64,000 nt of DNA from Candidatus Latescibacterota bacterium (lineage in GTDB: Bacteria > Latescibacterota > UBA2968 > UBA8231). A program made the position numbers and the translations under genes. Below, piece after piece: positions 1 through 9,506 of this stretch. The notes below the pieces were generated by a model, which had not been told where the DNA came from, did not search any database, and worked only from the letters and a program-made list of their open reading frames with translations. Location: assembly GCA_965205655.1 (NCBI GenBank), contig CBDBIJ010000022.1:21758-85757 (forward strand), read 5' to 3'. Positions within the stretch are counted from its first letter, which is position 1; the number at the start of each line of letters is the position of its first letter.

Positions 1-363
1 GGCGCGGTAGGTCGACACATCGTCGCCGATCATATGGCGGGTGATGGAGCGGAATATGGCATGCCGCAGGAAACTCATGAACAGCGGATCCAGATGCATG
101 TCGTCAATCCTGCGGTATGCCAGCGTCGACGTTTCATGACCGACCGATTTACGCTGGCGGTCATCGTAGCGGCCGGACTCGCTGTCGAGCTCGAAGCGCA
201 TGCCCTCGTAGCGGACCTTGCCGAGCATGATGTCGTCGGCTCGCTGCCGCAGCTCCTGCACATCATCGTCGGACAGCAGTTTCCCCAACCTCAGGTAACC
301 CTGCCCACAGAGGTGGTCAAACTCCTTCTGTTCGAATTGCGGAAGCGACTCAGTTGTTGTCAT
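1..363 (-). CDS. Phytanoyl-CoA dioxygenase (PhyH) family protein; only the N-terminal 121 codons are present because the gene runs off the window
   Basis: Absent from the ORF track because it is open at the window edge. My minus-strand translation from ATG 363-361 gives MTTTESLPQFEQKEFDHLCGQGYLRLGKLLSDDDVQELRQRADDIMLGKVRYEGMRFELD..., a typical PhyH N-terminus. An AAGGA motif lies upstream. Confidence 0.7.
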   Translation of the reverse strand, partial: MTTTESLPQFEQKEFDHLCGQGYLRLGKLLSDDDVQELRQRADDIMLGKVRYEGMRFELDSESGRYDDRQRKSVGHETSTLAYRRIDDMHLDPLFMSFLRHAIFRSITRHMIGDDVSTYRA

Positions 364-580
364 CAATCCTTTATCCTTGCATCTCGAACGCCATGATTGC
401 CATAGATCGTTCAACGACCGGAGGTGTATCGTAACGAAAATGCCAGGCCCCGTCTACGGGACATATTCAAGGCGGCCTTGTTTGGCAGCTTCTGTGCTCT
501 AACTTCTCAGCGGCTCGTGATGGAGCTGTCGCGTCCCGGTTCACGGTATCCTGCCACCAACTCAACAGAGAGGTAACATC

Positions 581-2005
581 TTGGTAGACGAAGAGCTGGC
601 TTTCGCCTCGGCGACCGATCTATTGGAGCTGGTCTCGACAAAGCAGGTTTCCCCTGTCGAGCTGGCGGAGCTGTACTTCGGTCGCATCGAGCGATTCAAC
701 CCGCAGCTGAATGCCTTTCTGTCGCTGAACCGAGACGAGGCGATGACTACAGCCAGATCCGCAGAGCAGGCAGCTCTGCGGGGCGATGACCTGGGGCCGC
801 TCCACGGACTGCCCATGTCGATAAAGGAAACGCAGATGGCGGCTGGGCTTAGCGCCACGTCGGGCTCGGTGGTGTTTGAGGATCGGGTCGCTGAGAGAGA
901 TTCCGCTGTGGTGGAGAGGCTGCGTGGTGCGGGAGCCATCATCCTGGGCAAGACGAATCTGTCGGAGTTCGGCTTCGTCGGTACCTGTGAGAACAGCCTC
1001 GGCGAGCCTGGCCGCAATCCCTGGAATACTGAGTGCACACCGGGAGGATCCAGTGCCGGTGCGGCCGCGGGGCTGGCCGCGGGTCTCTGTCCCCTGGCCT
1101 CCGGCAGCGATGGCGGAGGGTCCATTCGTATCCCCGCCCACTTCTGCGGCGTATACGGCATCAAGCCCACGCAGGGTCGAGTATCCGGCTACTCTGGAGA
1201 AGATGGACCGCGGATGCCGAACATGTTCGGGCAGAACGGACCACTCAGCCGCACCGTGGGCGACGCGGCTCTGCTGCTCCAGATTCTCGCCGGCCACGAT
1301 CCCAGAGACCCGACGACGCTGCGGGAGCCGCCACCCAACCTGGTCGGGGCGCTCGATCGGGAGATCGCAGGTCTGCGCATCGCCTGGAGCCCGGACTTCG
1401 GGTTTGCAGCGGTTGACCCCGAAGTGTTGGAGGTGACCTCCAATGCCGCACGGGTTTTCGAGGAGCTGGGTTGTGAGGTGGAGGAATCAGACCTTGTGAT
1501 GGATGAGCCCTACGACACCTTCGGTCCTATCATCACGGCTGATGCCTACACCAGTCTCGGGGCACACCTGGAGTCCCATGGAGACCAGCTGACCGCCTAC
1601 GCCAGGTTCCATCTCGAAAAAGGAGCGCAGGCTACCACTGCCGATTACGCCAGGGCCCTCGGTCAGGTCGATCTCTTGAAAGCCCGCATGACCGATCTGT
1701 TTGAGCAATTCGACCTCCTCCTTTCCCCGACCGCATGTTTCCCCGCTTTTCCGTATGGTGAATTCCCCGGCGAGATGTCGGGCAGATCATCCTATCCCGA
1801 CCAGTACTGGAACGGAGCCTTCACCTTTCCGATCAACGTGATCGGACATGCTGCCGCCAGCATACCGGCGGGTTTCTCTCCCGATGGTTTGCCCATCGGC
1901 CTTCAGATCGCCGGTAGAAAAGGTGACGAGGAGACGGTCGTAGCGGCGTCGGCCGCCTTCGAGCGCGCCAGGCCCTGGGCTGCGCGCAGACCTCCTGTGT
2001 CCTGA
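581..2005 (+). CDS. Amidase (amidase-signature family, GatA-like)
   Basis: 474-aa ORF with the Gly/Ser-rich amidase signature (GGSSAGAAAGLAAG...SGSDGGGSIRIPA). TTG start preceded by GAGAGG. Confidence 0.85.
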   Translation: MVDEELAFASATDLLELVSTKQVSPVELAELYFGRIERFNPQLNAFLSLNRDEAMTTARSAEQAALRGDDLGPLHGLPMSIKETQMAAGLSATSGSVVFEDRVAERDSAVVERLRGAGAIILGKTNLSEFGFVGTCENSLGEPGRNPWNTECTPGGSSAGAAAGLAAGLCPLASGSDGGGSIRIPAHFCGVYGIKPTQGRVSGYSGEDGPRMPNMFGQNGPLSRTVGDAALLLQILAGHDPRDPTTLREPPPNLVGALDREIAGLRIAWSPDFGFAAVDPEVLEVTSNAARVFEELGCEVEESDLVMDEPYDTFGPIITADAYTSLGAHLESHGDQLTAYARFHLEKGAQATTADYARALGQVDLLKARMTDLFEQFDLLLSPTACFPAFPYGEFPGEMSGRSSYPDQYWNGAFTFPINVIGHAAASIPAGFSPDGLPIGLQIAGRKGDEETVVAASAAFERARPWAARRPPVS

Positions 2006-2030
2006 CCCGCGCGCTTGACGACCATCCACC

Positions 2031-3153
2031 TCACCTCGAGCTCCGCGCCGCCTCGATCGCCCACGACGAGATCCGCTCACCCTCAACGACTGCGAACTCC
2101 CGCGCCAGATTCGCCACTGTGCACGAGTGATTCGGAATGATCCGGACCTTCGAACCCACGTCCAGATCAAAGTCGGTTCGCACGACCTTGCCGTGCTCTT
2201 CCGACAATCCCTCCACCGAAAGATGGTGCTCAGGGCTCAGGTAGCGATCTTCGGGATAGGCCACTCCAAAGCCCCGCGTGCCGACCATCCCGTGCACTCC
2301 CGCATCCGATGTCAGCGTCTTGGAGCCGGCGTCGGTGATGAAGTAGTCCGCGTTCTTGCTGATCACCGTCGCCATGACCGTGAGAGCCACATCCTGCTCT
2401 GAGACCACCCCCACGCCAATCGGAAGCAGATCGAGGAAGACGTAGTTCCCCGGCCTGATCTCCGTTATTCCCTCGAAGCTCGTGGCCGCCAGCACCGTCG
2501 GTGTCGAGCCCACCGACACCTCCGGCACCGCGATCCCTGCTTCCGCGAGTGTGTCGGCGCACCCCAATCATGGTCCGGCGCTCGGCCTCAGCGACCTCGC
2601 CCGCCTCATCGCGCGATCCGGCGGCATACGCTTGCCCCGCATGTGAGAGTATTCCCCGGAATTCGAGTTTGTCGGACTGTCCGACCTTCTGAGCGAGCTC
2701 GACCGCCTGCGGGCTGTCGGGGTCGACGCCGCAGCGCCGCAGACCAACGTCGACCTTGACGAACACGCCCAACGCCGCGTTTGCTCTGGAAACCGCCTCC
2801 GAGGCGATCTCCACGCCCGGTTCGGAATCCGCGACGACTCGCAGATCCACTCCTGGCTGCGAGTGCGCAAACAAGCGGTCGAATTTACCCGCGGACAGAA
2901 TCGGCCGCGAAATGGTGATCGATTCGAAACCATTGTCGAGGAAGACGAGCGCTTCATCGACCGTCGCCACCGTCAGACCACATGCTCCGAGCGCAATCTG
3001 GCGCCTTCCGATTTCGACTGATTTGTGGGTCTTTGCGTGAGGACGCAGTGTCACGCCATTGTCATCAGCACGACGCTGCATCGATTGCAGGTTCAACTCC
3101 AACTTTGCTAGATCGATCAATACCGCCGGCGTCTCAATAGTTGATGCAGTCAT
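2031..3153 (-). pseudogene. D-TA / D-serine-dehydratase-like PLP enzyme (alanine-racemase N-terminal fold), split by one frameshift
   Basis: ORFs 2230..3153 (RPHAKTHK PLP-lysine motif) and 2031..2567 are the two halves of one protein. The sequence reads ...AERRTMIG | CADTLAEAGIAVPEVSVGSTPT.... The frame changes at the C4 run 2562-2565; a C3 run would give one continuous ~373-aa ORF. Confidence 0.75.
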
Positions 3154-3600
3154 TTTCTTCCGCTGGTTTCAGGTTGGGAGCTACAGCTCATCGACGCTAT
3201 TTATCGACGGCTACTTGCATGTGCACGGCGCAAAACCTTTCTCCTTGGGACCGTACTCTATCTTGATCTTCCTGTGTAGTATCGCCTCCTGAGACCTGGG
3301 CACTCCCTTGCTGGTTGTTCCCGATGCACTGATGGTCATGTCAGTCCTTTTGGGAATCCACCACTTCTTCGTCGTCATGCGTGCGTACTGAGTCTCGCCT
3401 GCGGCGATCATTCGATACTGCCGCATATCCGCTTTCCATAGCAATTTGAGAAACCCCGACAGAGCTTTGCCTCGGAGCCCATTGATCTCGTCGCAGATGA
3501 TGCGGTCGTCGTATTCGAGCAATCGATAGGAAATGACCCGTTGATTGATCACTTCCAGCTTCGGGTCGGAGAGGGTGTCCTCGTAAGAGAAGCTCTCATC

Positions 3601-4782
3601 TAGTGTATTGTCGTACAAATAACTTGTACTAATACATGTTGTGTGGTTAAGTTTCATCCAGACCTATTCCACAAACAAGGAACGGAGGAAACTCATGCCA
3701 CGCGGACGCTTTCTTCCACCTCTCGAAATGACGGGGCAAACTCGGCAGCAATTGGAATCAATGGCCAAATCTCGATCCCTGCCGCACGGTTTGGTGCGAC
3801 GCGCCGAGATCGTGTTGCTGGCCGCCGAGGGATGGCCCAACAAGGCCATCGGCGAAGCTGTGGGGCTGTCACAAGTGACCGTCGGCAAGTGGCGTCGTCG
3901 CTTCGTGGAAAACGGCCTCAACGGGTTGTACGACGAGCTGCGACCCGGTGCGCCCCGATCGATCTCGGACGAACAAGTGGCCGAGGTGGTATACAAGACA
4001 CTGAAGACCAAGCCGGAGGACAAAACCCAGTGGACGGTGCGCTCCATGGGCGAGGAGACCGGCCTGACCAAGGACGCGGTCCATCGCATCTGGCGCACAT
4101 TCGGCTTACAGCCGCACCGGACCCAGAATTTCAAGCTGTCCACTGATCCTTTCTTCGTGGATAAGGTGCGCGATGTTGTGGGCTTGTATCTCAACCCGCC
4201 CGACCATGCCGTCGTCCTGTGCGTTGACGAGAAGAGCCAAGTGCAGGCTCTGGAGCGCAGTCAGCCGTTGCTGCCGCTGGGCCTGGGCTACGCGGAGGGC
4301 GTCACCCACGACTACAAGCGACACGGCACCACAACGCTGTTTGCCGCTCTGGATGTGGCCACCGGTGAAGTCCTGACTCAGTGCAAGCCTCGTCATCGCC
4401 ATCAGGAGTTTTTGCAGTTCCTACGCCATATCGACGCGAACGTGCCTGCGGATCTGGACGTTCACTTGATCGTCGACAACTACGGCACCCACAAGTACGC
4501 CAGCGTCAAGAAGTGGTTGGCCAGCCGGCCCCGATTCCACCTCCACTTTACTCCGACCTACGCCTCGTGGCTCAACCAGGTCGAGATCTGGTTCAACATC
4601 ATCACGCGGCGAGCCATCCGGCGTGGCTCATTCCGCAAGGTCAAAGAGCTCATTCAGAGGATCGAGCGCTACACCGACAAATGGAACGCCAACGCCCATC
4701 CCTTTGGGTGGACGGCCACGGCCGACTCGATCCTTGCCAAGGTCAAACGACTATGTCAATGTATTTCTGCGACAGCACACTA
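3601..4782 (+). mobile_element. IS630-family insertion sequence, apparently intact, with TA target duplications
   Basis: Imperfect terminal inverted repeats: GTGTATTGTCGTACAAATAAC (3603->) versus rc GTGTGCTGTCGCAGAAATACA (<-4780). TA at 3601-02 and at 4781-82. The flanks reconstruct a CTAG target (ctcatC-TA...TA-Gctcgg). Confidence 0.85.
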
Positions 4783-4783
4783 G
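3695..4783 (+). CDS. IS630-family DDE transposase (362 aa)
   Basis: N-terminal HTH region ([25 protein letters not shown]). DDE-type motifs CVDEKS, VDNYGTH and SWLNQVE. GGAGG lies 5 nt upstream of ATG 3695. The stop TAG is at 4781-4783. Confidence 0.9.
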   Translation: MPRGRFLPPLEMTGQTRQQLESMAKSRSLPHGLVRRAEIVLLAAEGWPNKAIGEAVGLSQVTVGKWRRRFVENGLNGLYDELRPGAPRSISDEQVAEVVYKTLKTKPEDKTQWTVRSMGEETGLTKDAVHRIWRTFGLQPHRTQNFKLSTDPFFVDKVRDVVGLYLNPPDHAVVLCVDEKSQVQALERSQPLLPLGLGYAEGVTHDYKRHGTTTLFAALDVATGEVLTQCKPRHRHQEFLQFLRHIDANVPADLDVHLIVDNYGTHKYASVKKWLASRPRFHLHFTPTYASWLNQVEIWFNIITRRAIRRGSFRKVKELIQRIERYTDKWNANAHPFGWTATADSILAKVKRLCQCISATAH

Positions 4784-5247
4784 CTCGGGCGGCCAGCACA
4801 TGCTGACGTTGGCGGCCAGTTTCGGCACGCCACCGTGTTTAACTTTCTTGATGATGTGCGGACCGTACTCAACAAATATATCCTGCCGATATCGATGCGC
4901 GAGCTCGATATACTCGGGAATCGCCCTGTCCTGGCAATTGACTAGCTTGAAGACTTCATACCAATCCTTGTGGGAGATCGATAAACGGACCGGCTCAGCC
5001 GACTCCTCCCGATGCTCGATCCCGCCGGCCTTCAGTAGGTTAATGATGACATCGGCGTGGTATCGAATGCCGTTCGTAGTCGCCGTTGGATCGTAGGCCG
5101 AACTCGCGGCCTTTTCCATCGCTGTGACGAGGCTGTTCCCGCTGACCGTGTGAAAGGAGGTCTCAGTGTGATGATCGGCGAACGCCGACGAGACGCCGTA
5201 GATCCCCGGCATCAGAAGCGGCATCAGGATGATACTGCTGCCTGCGA

Positions 5248-5508
5248 CTAGATTCGGAACCACTTGCTCGCCTTCTCTGCGACTGCTTCTACTGTTCCGA
5301 ACAGGTTGGCGATCAGGATCACGAGGTACTTCAGATTGGCGCCGAGGCCGTACGGCCATGTGCGCATCCTGTGGAGCTGCTCTCGGATATTGGTCTGGAA
5401 GTCGTAGTCCTCACGTAACTCCTTGCGCTTATCGGGATCGATCTTATCGTCCTCCAGTCGGGTACGGAGTTTGCCCAGCGATCCTTGCAACTCTATGTCC
5501 TGCTCCAT
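5248..5508 (-). CDS. Hypothetical 86-aa protein (charged helical N-terminus, C-terminal hydrophobic helix)
   Basis: ORF in the lower-GC block, on the same strand as its neighbours. Sequence: MEQDIELQGSLGKLRTRLEDDKIDPDKRKELRED...LKYLVILIANLFGTV. No family recognised. Confidence 0.4.
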   Translation of the reverse strand: MEQDIELQGSLGKLRTRLEDDKIDPDKRKELREDYDFQTNIREQLHRMRTWPYGLGANLKYLVILIANLFGTVEAVAEKASKWFRI

Positions 5509-6058
5509 CTTGTATTGCCTCAGGCTCTTGTTGATCGGAATAGCCGGTAACGAACAAGGCGATCAGCGACATCAGATACGGAAAGGCGATCCAGACGCAC
5601 TTGAGCAGAATAACCCACCACTCTTCCGGTCGCGTCCATTCCATCTTCAGGATGTAGAAGGAGATCATCACTCCCACGATGAGCGTCACTGAACTGAAGA
5701 CCACGAGCGCCTCACCGAGGAACAGCGTTCCGCCACAGCGATCAGGGGAGGTGAAATCGAAGCGATTCATCTTTCGCGAAAACGCACTAATCGCCACCGA
5801 GACCCCGAGGATTCCCCACGCTGCCATCCCGCACACGAACCCGGCCAGGAAATACCCGCTGAGAAGCGTCAGCACGGCCGGAGTCTCGCTGTAGGGGAGG
5901 CCGAATGCAAATCCGAACCCGCAGTTGAGGACCCCGAAAAACACCCCGGCCAGACGGAAGTTCAGGTCCGAAAGGATTCGCTGGAGCGGTGACATATACA
6001 CGGCGTTGCTCTCAGGTGAGAGCCACCTGTCCATCTCGGGGATTATCGACTGCAGCAC
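5444..6058 (-). CDS. Hypothetical polytopic membrane protein (~4-5 TM)
   Basis: 204-aa ORF with a GTG start and several hydrophobic helices (AGVFFGVLNCGFGFAFGL, LTLLSGYFLAGFVCGMAAWGILGV, ALVVFSSVTLIVGVMISFYIL, VWIAFPYLMSLIALFV). Its 3' end overlaps the next ORF by 65 nt, so the end is uncertain. Confidence 0.5.
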   Translation of the reverse strand: MLQSIIPEMDRWLSPESNAVYMSPLQRILSDLNFRLAGVFFGVLNCGFGFAFGLPYSETPAVLTLLSGYFLAGFVCGMAAWGILGVSVAISAFSRKMNRFDFTSPDRCGGTLFLGEALVVFSSVTLIVGVMISFYILKMEWTRPEEWWVILLKCVWIAFPYLMSLIALFVTGYSDQQEPEAIQDGAGHRVARIAGQTPYPTGGR

Positions 6059-6067
6059 ATGTGTTGC

Positions 6068-6265
6068 CTAGTAGAGAGTGAGCATCGCTGTGGCGATCAG
6101 GAGACTGAGAAACCAGCTCCAGTCATCGAATGCCTTTTCCCCTACGCTGCGATAATGCGCAGCCAGAAAGGCGAGACCGAGGACGGCGGAAACCAGGGTC
6201 TTTGTGAGACTGCTGCTCAGATACGGAAGTGAAAGTTTTACGAAGAACGGTTCAAAGGGCTTCAT
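6068..6265 (-). CDS. Hypothetical small membrane protein (65 aa, 2 TM)
   Basis: ORF with two hydrophobic helices, directly upstream of the 204-aa membrane ORF on the same strand. Confidence 0.4.
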   Translation of the reverse strand: MKPFEPFFVKLSLPYLSSSLTKTLVSAVLGLAFLAAHYRSVGEKAFDDWSWFLSLLIATAMLTLY

Positions 6266-6286
6266 GTCTGCTCTCCCGGTTTCCGT

Positions 6287-8165
6287 TTACTCTTCGCGAA
6301 CGGCTCGCATCAGGCTCACCATCCATACCAACGGCGCCAAAGCCACCAGCGCCATGGCCCAGCGCAGACCGACGAAATCGGCTGCCGATCCGAAAGCGAC
6401 GGGACCTACAATCGCGCCGAGCAGTCCGATGCTGTTCAACATGCCAAACATGGCGCTCCCCGCATTCGGAAAGCGATCTCCGGCGTGAGCGTTCACCGAG
6501 GGATAGATGCCCGATACGGCGAACCCGAGCACGGATAGCCACAGCACGACGAAGATCGGATTGTCCTGCCACGCCGCCATCGGCGAGCTGATCGTGCACG
6601 CGAGCCCGGTGACGATGAAGACGGTCCTCAGCCCAAACCGGCGCACCGCCAGCGGCATCGACAACCGGCTCACTGCCATTACTGCCGCGAACGCCGTGAG
6701 CCCCACCGCACCCTGCGACCGGCTGCTGCCGATTTCCACCTCCAGGTAGTACGGCAGCCAGCTGGCTGCGGTGACCTCCGTGATGGAGCAGAAGAACAAG
6801 CTCACTGCGAGGAGCTGAAAATCCCGGTTGCGAGCCACTCTCCAGAAGGACAGTCGCTCGCCTGCGTCTTCTGACCTTGCCGCCCTCGGTCCGGGCAGAA
6901 ACCTCAGCATCGCAGCCGGACTGTACAGCAACACCATGCCGGCAAACATTGCGAAGAGAGTCCGCCATCCGATACCCAGCTCCAAAACGCCAAGTGTGAA
7001 CAGCACGAAGGCGACCATGCTGATATACCAGCTCGAATGGTACAGGTTGACGATTCTGACACGATTCTCCGTGTAGAGGCTGCACATCAGCGCCGTCATC
7101 GGCTGGCGTCATCATCCCGCGACCCAGGCCCGTTACCGCTCCGCCCACCAGGGCGTCCAGCTGATCGGACGCCATGGCGACAGCCGCTAGCCCTGCCGCT
7201 TGCAACAGCGAGCTGAGCAGTACTTGGAGCCGATAGCCCAGTCGATCTCCCCACTAATCTAATCATAGGAGATGTTGCACATGGCTCAAATGGGACGACC
7301 AGGATTGTCCGCGTCACAGAAGTCGGAGGTATGGCGTCGATGGAAGAGCGGCCAGTCGCATAGCGATATTGGTCGGGCGCTCGGGAAGCATCCGGCGTCG
7401 ATTCATGGTGTCATCACCGCCAATGGGGGCATCGTACCAATGCCGCGTCGACGCTCTCGATGGGCTCTTGGCTGGGAAGAGCGTGAAGAGATCTCTCGAG
7501 GTATCGCTGCGGGAAAATCGATACGAATAATTGCGGCCGCTGTTGAGCGTGCACCCTCGACGGTTAGCCGAGAGATTGCCCGCAATGGCGGGCGGCAAAG
7601 GTACCGAGCAAACGTCGCCGACCAAGCAGCCTGGACGCGCGCCAGCCGGCCGAAATGCTGCCGACTCGCATCCAATCTTCGTTTGCGGCGAGTCGTGGCG
7701 GACAAGCTACGCCTGAAGTGGTCACCTGAGCAGATATCGGGATGGCTGAAGCGGGAGTATGCGCTTTTAGGAAATATGCAGATATCCCACGAAACGATCT
7801 ATCGAACTCTCTTCATCCAGGCACGCGGGGCACTCAACAAGGACCTCATTGCGCATCTGCGGACGCGAAGGATGATGCGGCGATCCAAGAAGGCAAGCAC
7901 ACGCGATCAGCCGAGAGGCCGGATCGTCGACGCCGTATCCATCCACCAACCATCCGGAAGCAAGGCTCGTCAGTGCCGAGCTCCAGACCGGGGAGCTGAG
8001 GAAAAGCCCCTTCATCAGCTCTGTCCTCATGCCCAGATCGGTAGCGATGACATTGAGGCATGACGCTGCCCCCAATATCGTCGTGCTGGCCGCTGCCATG
8101 GAGTAGCATGCGATCGCCAGGACGATCCGCCGCGACCGATCCGAGGTGAGCGACGTTTGTGGCAC
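6287..8165 (-). pseudogene. MFS transporter, interrupted by an IS30 fragment and carrying an additional frameshift
   Basis: The N-terminal piece (8165->7941; GTG start with AAGGAGA upstream) ends ...LASGWLVD. The middle piece (7247->7100) begins (D)RLGYRLQVLLSSLLQAAGL.... The C-terminal piece is ORF 6287..7099. Joined, the first two read GWLVDRLGYR, which is MFS motif A (G-x3-D-R-x-G-x-R). A second frame change lies at about 7100-7102 (..GMMTPA | MTALMCSLYTENR..). Confidence 0.75.
7248..7940 (+). mobile_element. IS30-family fragment: left end plus N-terminal ~220 codons of the transposase; DDE domain and right end missing
   Basis: ORF 7272..8063 begins with IS30-type HTH regions (..GQSHSDIGRALGKHPASIHGVI.., ..GKSIRIIAAAVERAPSTVSREIARNG.., ..WSPEQISGWL..ISHETIYR..RGRIVDAVSI). 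Past about 7940 the ORF is antisense MFS sequence and no DDE motifs follow. ATC occurs on both sides (7245-47 and 7941-43). I could find no terminal inverted repeat. Confidence 0.7.
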
Positions 8166-8250
8166 TACCCTTGTCTCCTTTCGCGAGAGGGCAGATAATA
8201 CCCCTCGTCGCCAGCACCCACAACCATATTCCCGTGACCGAGCTGAGTCT

Positions 8251-9492
8251 ATGAACGGCAACACAGTCGAGGTGCCTATCGACGCATGGGGAGAGGACGG
8301 CACGCGCGACCTCACCTTTCCGAGCGACTGGACCATCATCCGTTGCATCATGAGGGGCCACGACACGCCCGGAATGAGCGATGAGGAGGTTCGCAAGGCC
8401 CTTTCGGCGCCCCTCGGCACGCCTCGGTTGTCTGAGGTGGCGAACGGTCGGGAGCGTGTCGTCATCCTCTTCGATGACCTCACGCGTCCCGCACCCGTCT
8501 CTCGGGTCGCGCCGCTCGTCCTCGAAGAGCTGCAGCACGGCGGGATTCGCGACGACCAGATCCGTTTCGTCGCCGCCCTCGGTTCCCATCACGCGATGAC
8601 GCGAGCAGACTTCGCAAAGAAACTCGGCGACGATATCGTCGAGAGATACCCGGTTTACAACCACAACGTCTACGACAACCTGGTCCCTGTAGGCGAGACG
8701 AGCTTCGGTACTCGAGTGCTCATCAACCGCGAAGTGGCGTCGTGCGATCTGAAGGTCGGCATCGGCGGGGTCATCTCATACCATGGCAAGGGTGTCTACA
8801 ACGGCGGCGGCAAAATCATCCTGCCGGGCGTCTCCGGTGTTGAAACGATTCACGATTTTCACATTGCCGCCCACGAGCGTGCGCGGGAGCGGCCGCCAGA
8901 TCCCGGCGCCGAGGGAATACCACAATACCGAGTCAACATCGAAGAGGCGGCCCGCCTGGCCGGCCTCGACATGAAAGTCGACCTCGTGCTCGGCAACCGC
9001 AGACAGGTGGTGGGTGTCTTCGCAGGCGATTTCGTTCAGACCCACCGGCGCGCATCGGCTCTGGCAAAGGAGATCTATTCCACCACTGTGGCGCCACCCT
9101 CGGATGTCGTCGTACTGAATTCGTACCCACAGGAAGACCAGCCGACGAAAGCCCTGTGGCTTGCGGTGCAGTCAGTCAAACCAGGTGGTGACCTCGTGAT
9201 CCTCTCTCACAGCGCCAACGGACTCTCCCACCCCCACTACATGTTCGGCCGCTTCGGCACCGAATTCGGTGGACGCGGCTGGACCCCCCGTCGGCACTTC
9301 CAGGCCGGCGAGGCAGGACGTGTGATCTTCTGCTCACCCTATCTCACCAAGTTCGACCGGGACTCCTTTCACGGGGACAATGTCTTCTTCGTTAAGACCT
9401 GGGGTGAGGTCCGGGCAATGCTGGAGAGAGAGCGAACGACCCCTGCCTCCGTGGCCGTCTACCCATATGCCAGCATTCAGATGGTGGCGTAG
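8251..9492 (+). CDS. LarA-like (DUF2088, nickel-dependent lactate-racemase family) protein
   Basis: Motifs VVILFDDLTRPAP, AALGSHHAMT and GIGGVISYHGKGVYNGGGKIILPG fit the LarA N-terminal domain pattern. I prefer the internal ATG 8251 (MNGNTVEVPID..) because the upstream part overlaps the MFS 5' end. Confidence 0.7.
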   Translation: MNGNTVEVPIDAWGEDGTRDLTFPSDWTIIRCIMRGHDTPGMSDEEVRKALSAPLGTPRLSEVANGRERVVILFDDLTRPAPVSRVAPLVLEELQHGGIRDDQIRFVAALGSHHAMTRADFAKKLGDDIVERYPVYNHNVYDNLVPVGETSFGTRVLINREVASCDLKVGIGGVISYHGKGVYNGGGKIILPGVSGVETIHDFHIAAHERARERPPDPGAEGIPQYRVNIEEAARLAGLDMKVDLVLGNRRQVVGVFAGDFVQTHRRASALAKEIYSTTVAPPSDVVVLNSYPQEDQPTKALWLAVQSVKPGGDLVILSHSANGLSHPHYMFGRFGTEFGGRGWTPRRHFQAGEAGRVIFCSPYLTKFDRDSFHGDNVFFVKTWGEVRAMLERERTTPASVAVYPYASIQMVA

Positions 9493-9506
9493 CGGGATTA
9501 CAGACT

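Larger units (their letters stand above)
3211..5224 (-). pseudogene. Orphan protein with a hydrophobic N-terminal, signal-like segment (...IILMPLLMPGIYGVSSAFA), interrupted by the IS630 element
   Basis: ORFs 4751..5359 and 3211..3657 run into the two IS ends. Deleting 3603-4782 joins ...CWPPE-L-DESFSYEDT... in frame (ccc gag cta gat gag). The start is uncertain, between 5224 and 5359. No family recognised. Confidence 0.7.

Noticed and set aside
6252-7205. 317-aa minus-strand ORF taken as the MFS gene
   Set aside because: Only its first ~35 codons (7205-7100) are MFS-like. Downstream of about 7100 the authentic MFS sequence is in the frame of ORF 6287..7099. The rest of the 317-aa ORF is an out-of-frame read-through.
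7245-7943. Treating the IS30-derived insert as a complete MITE-like element because of the flanking ATC/ATC
   Set aside because: The two ends share no inverted-repeat similarity, and a 3-bp match can arise by chance. I report it as a truncated IS fragment with an unresolved mechanism.
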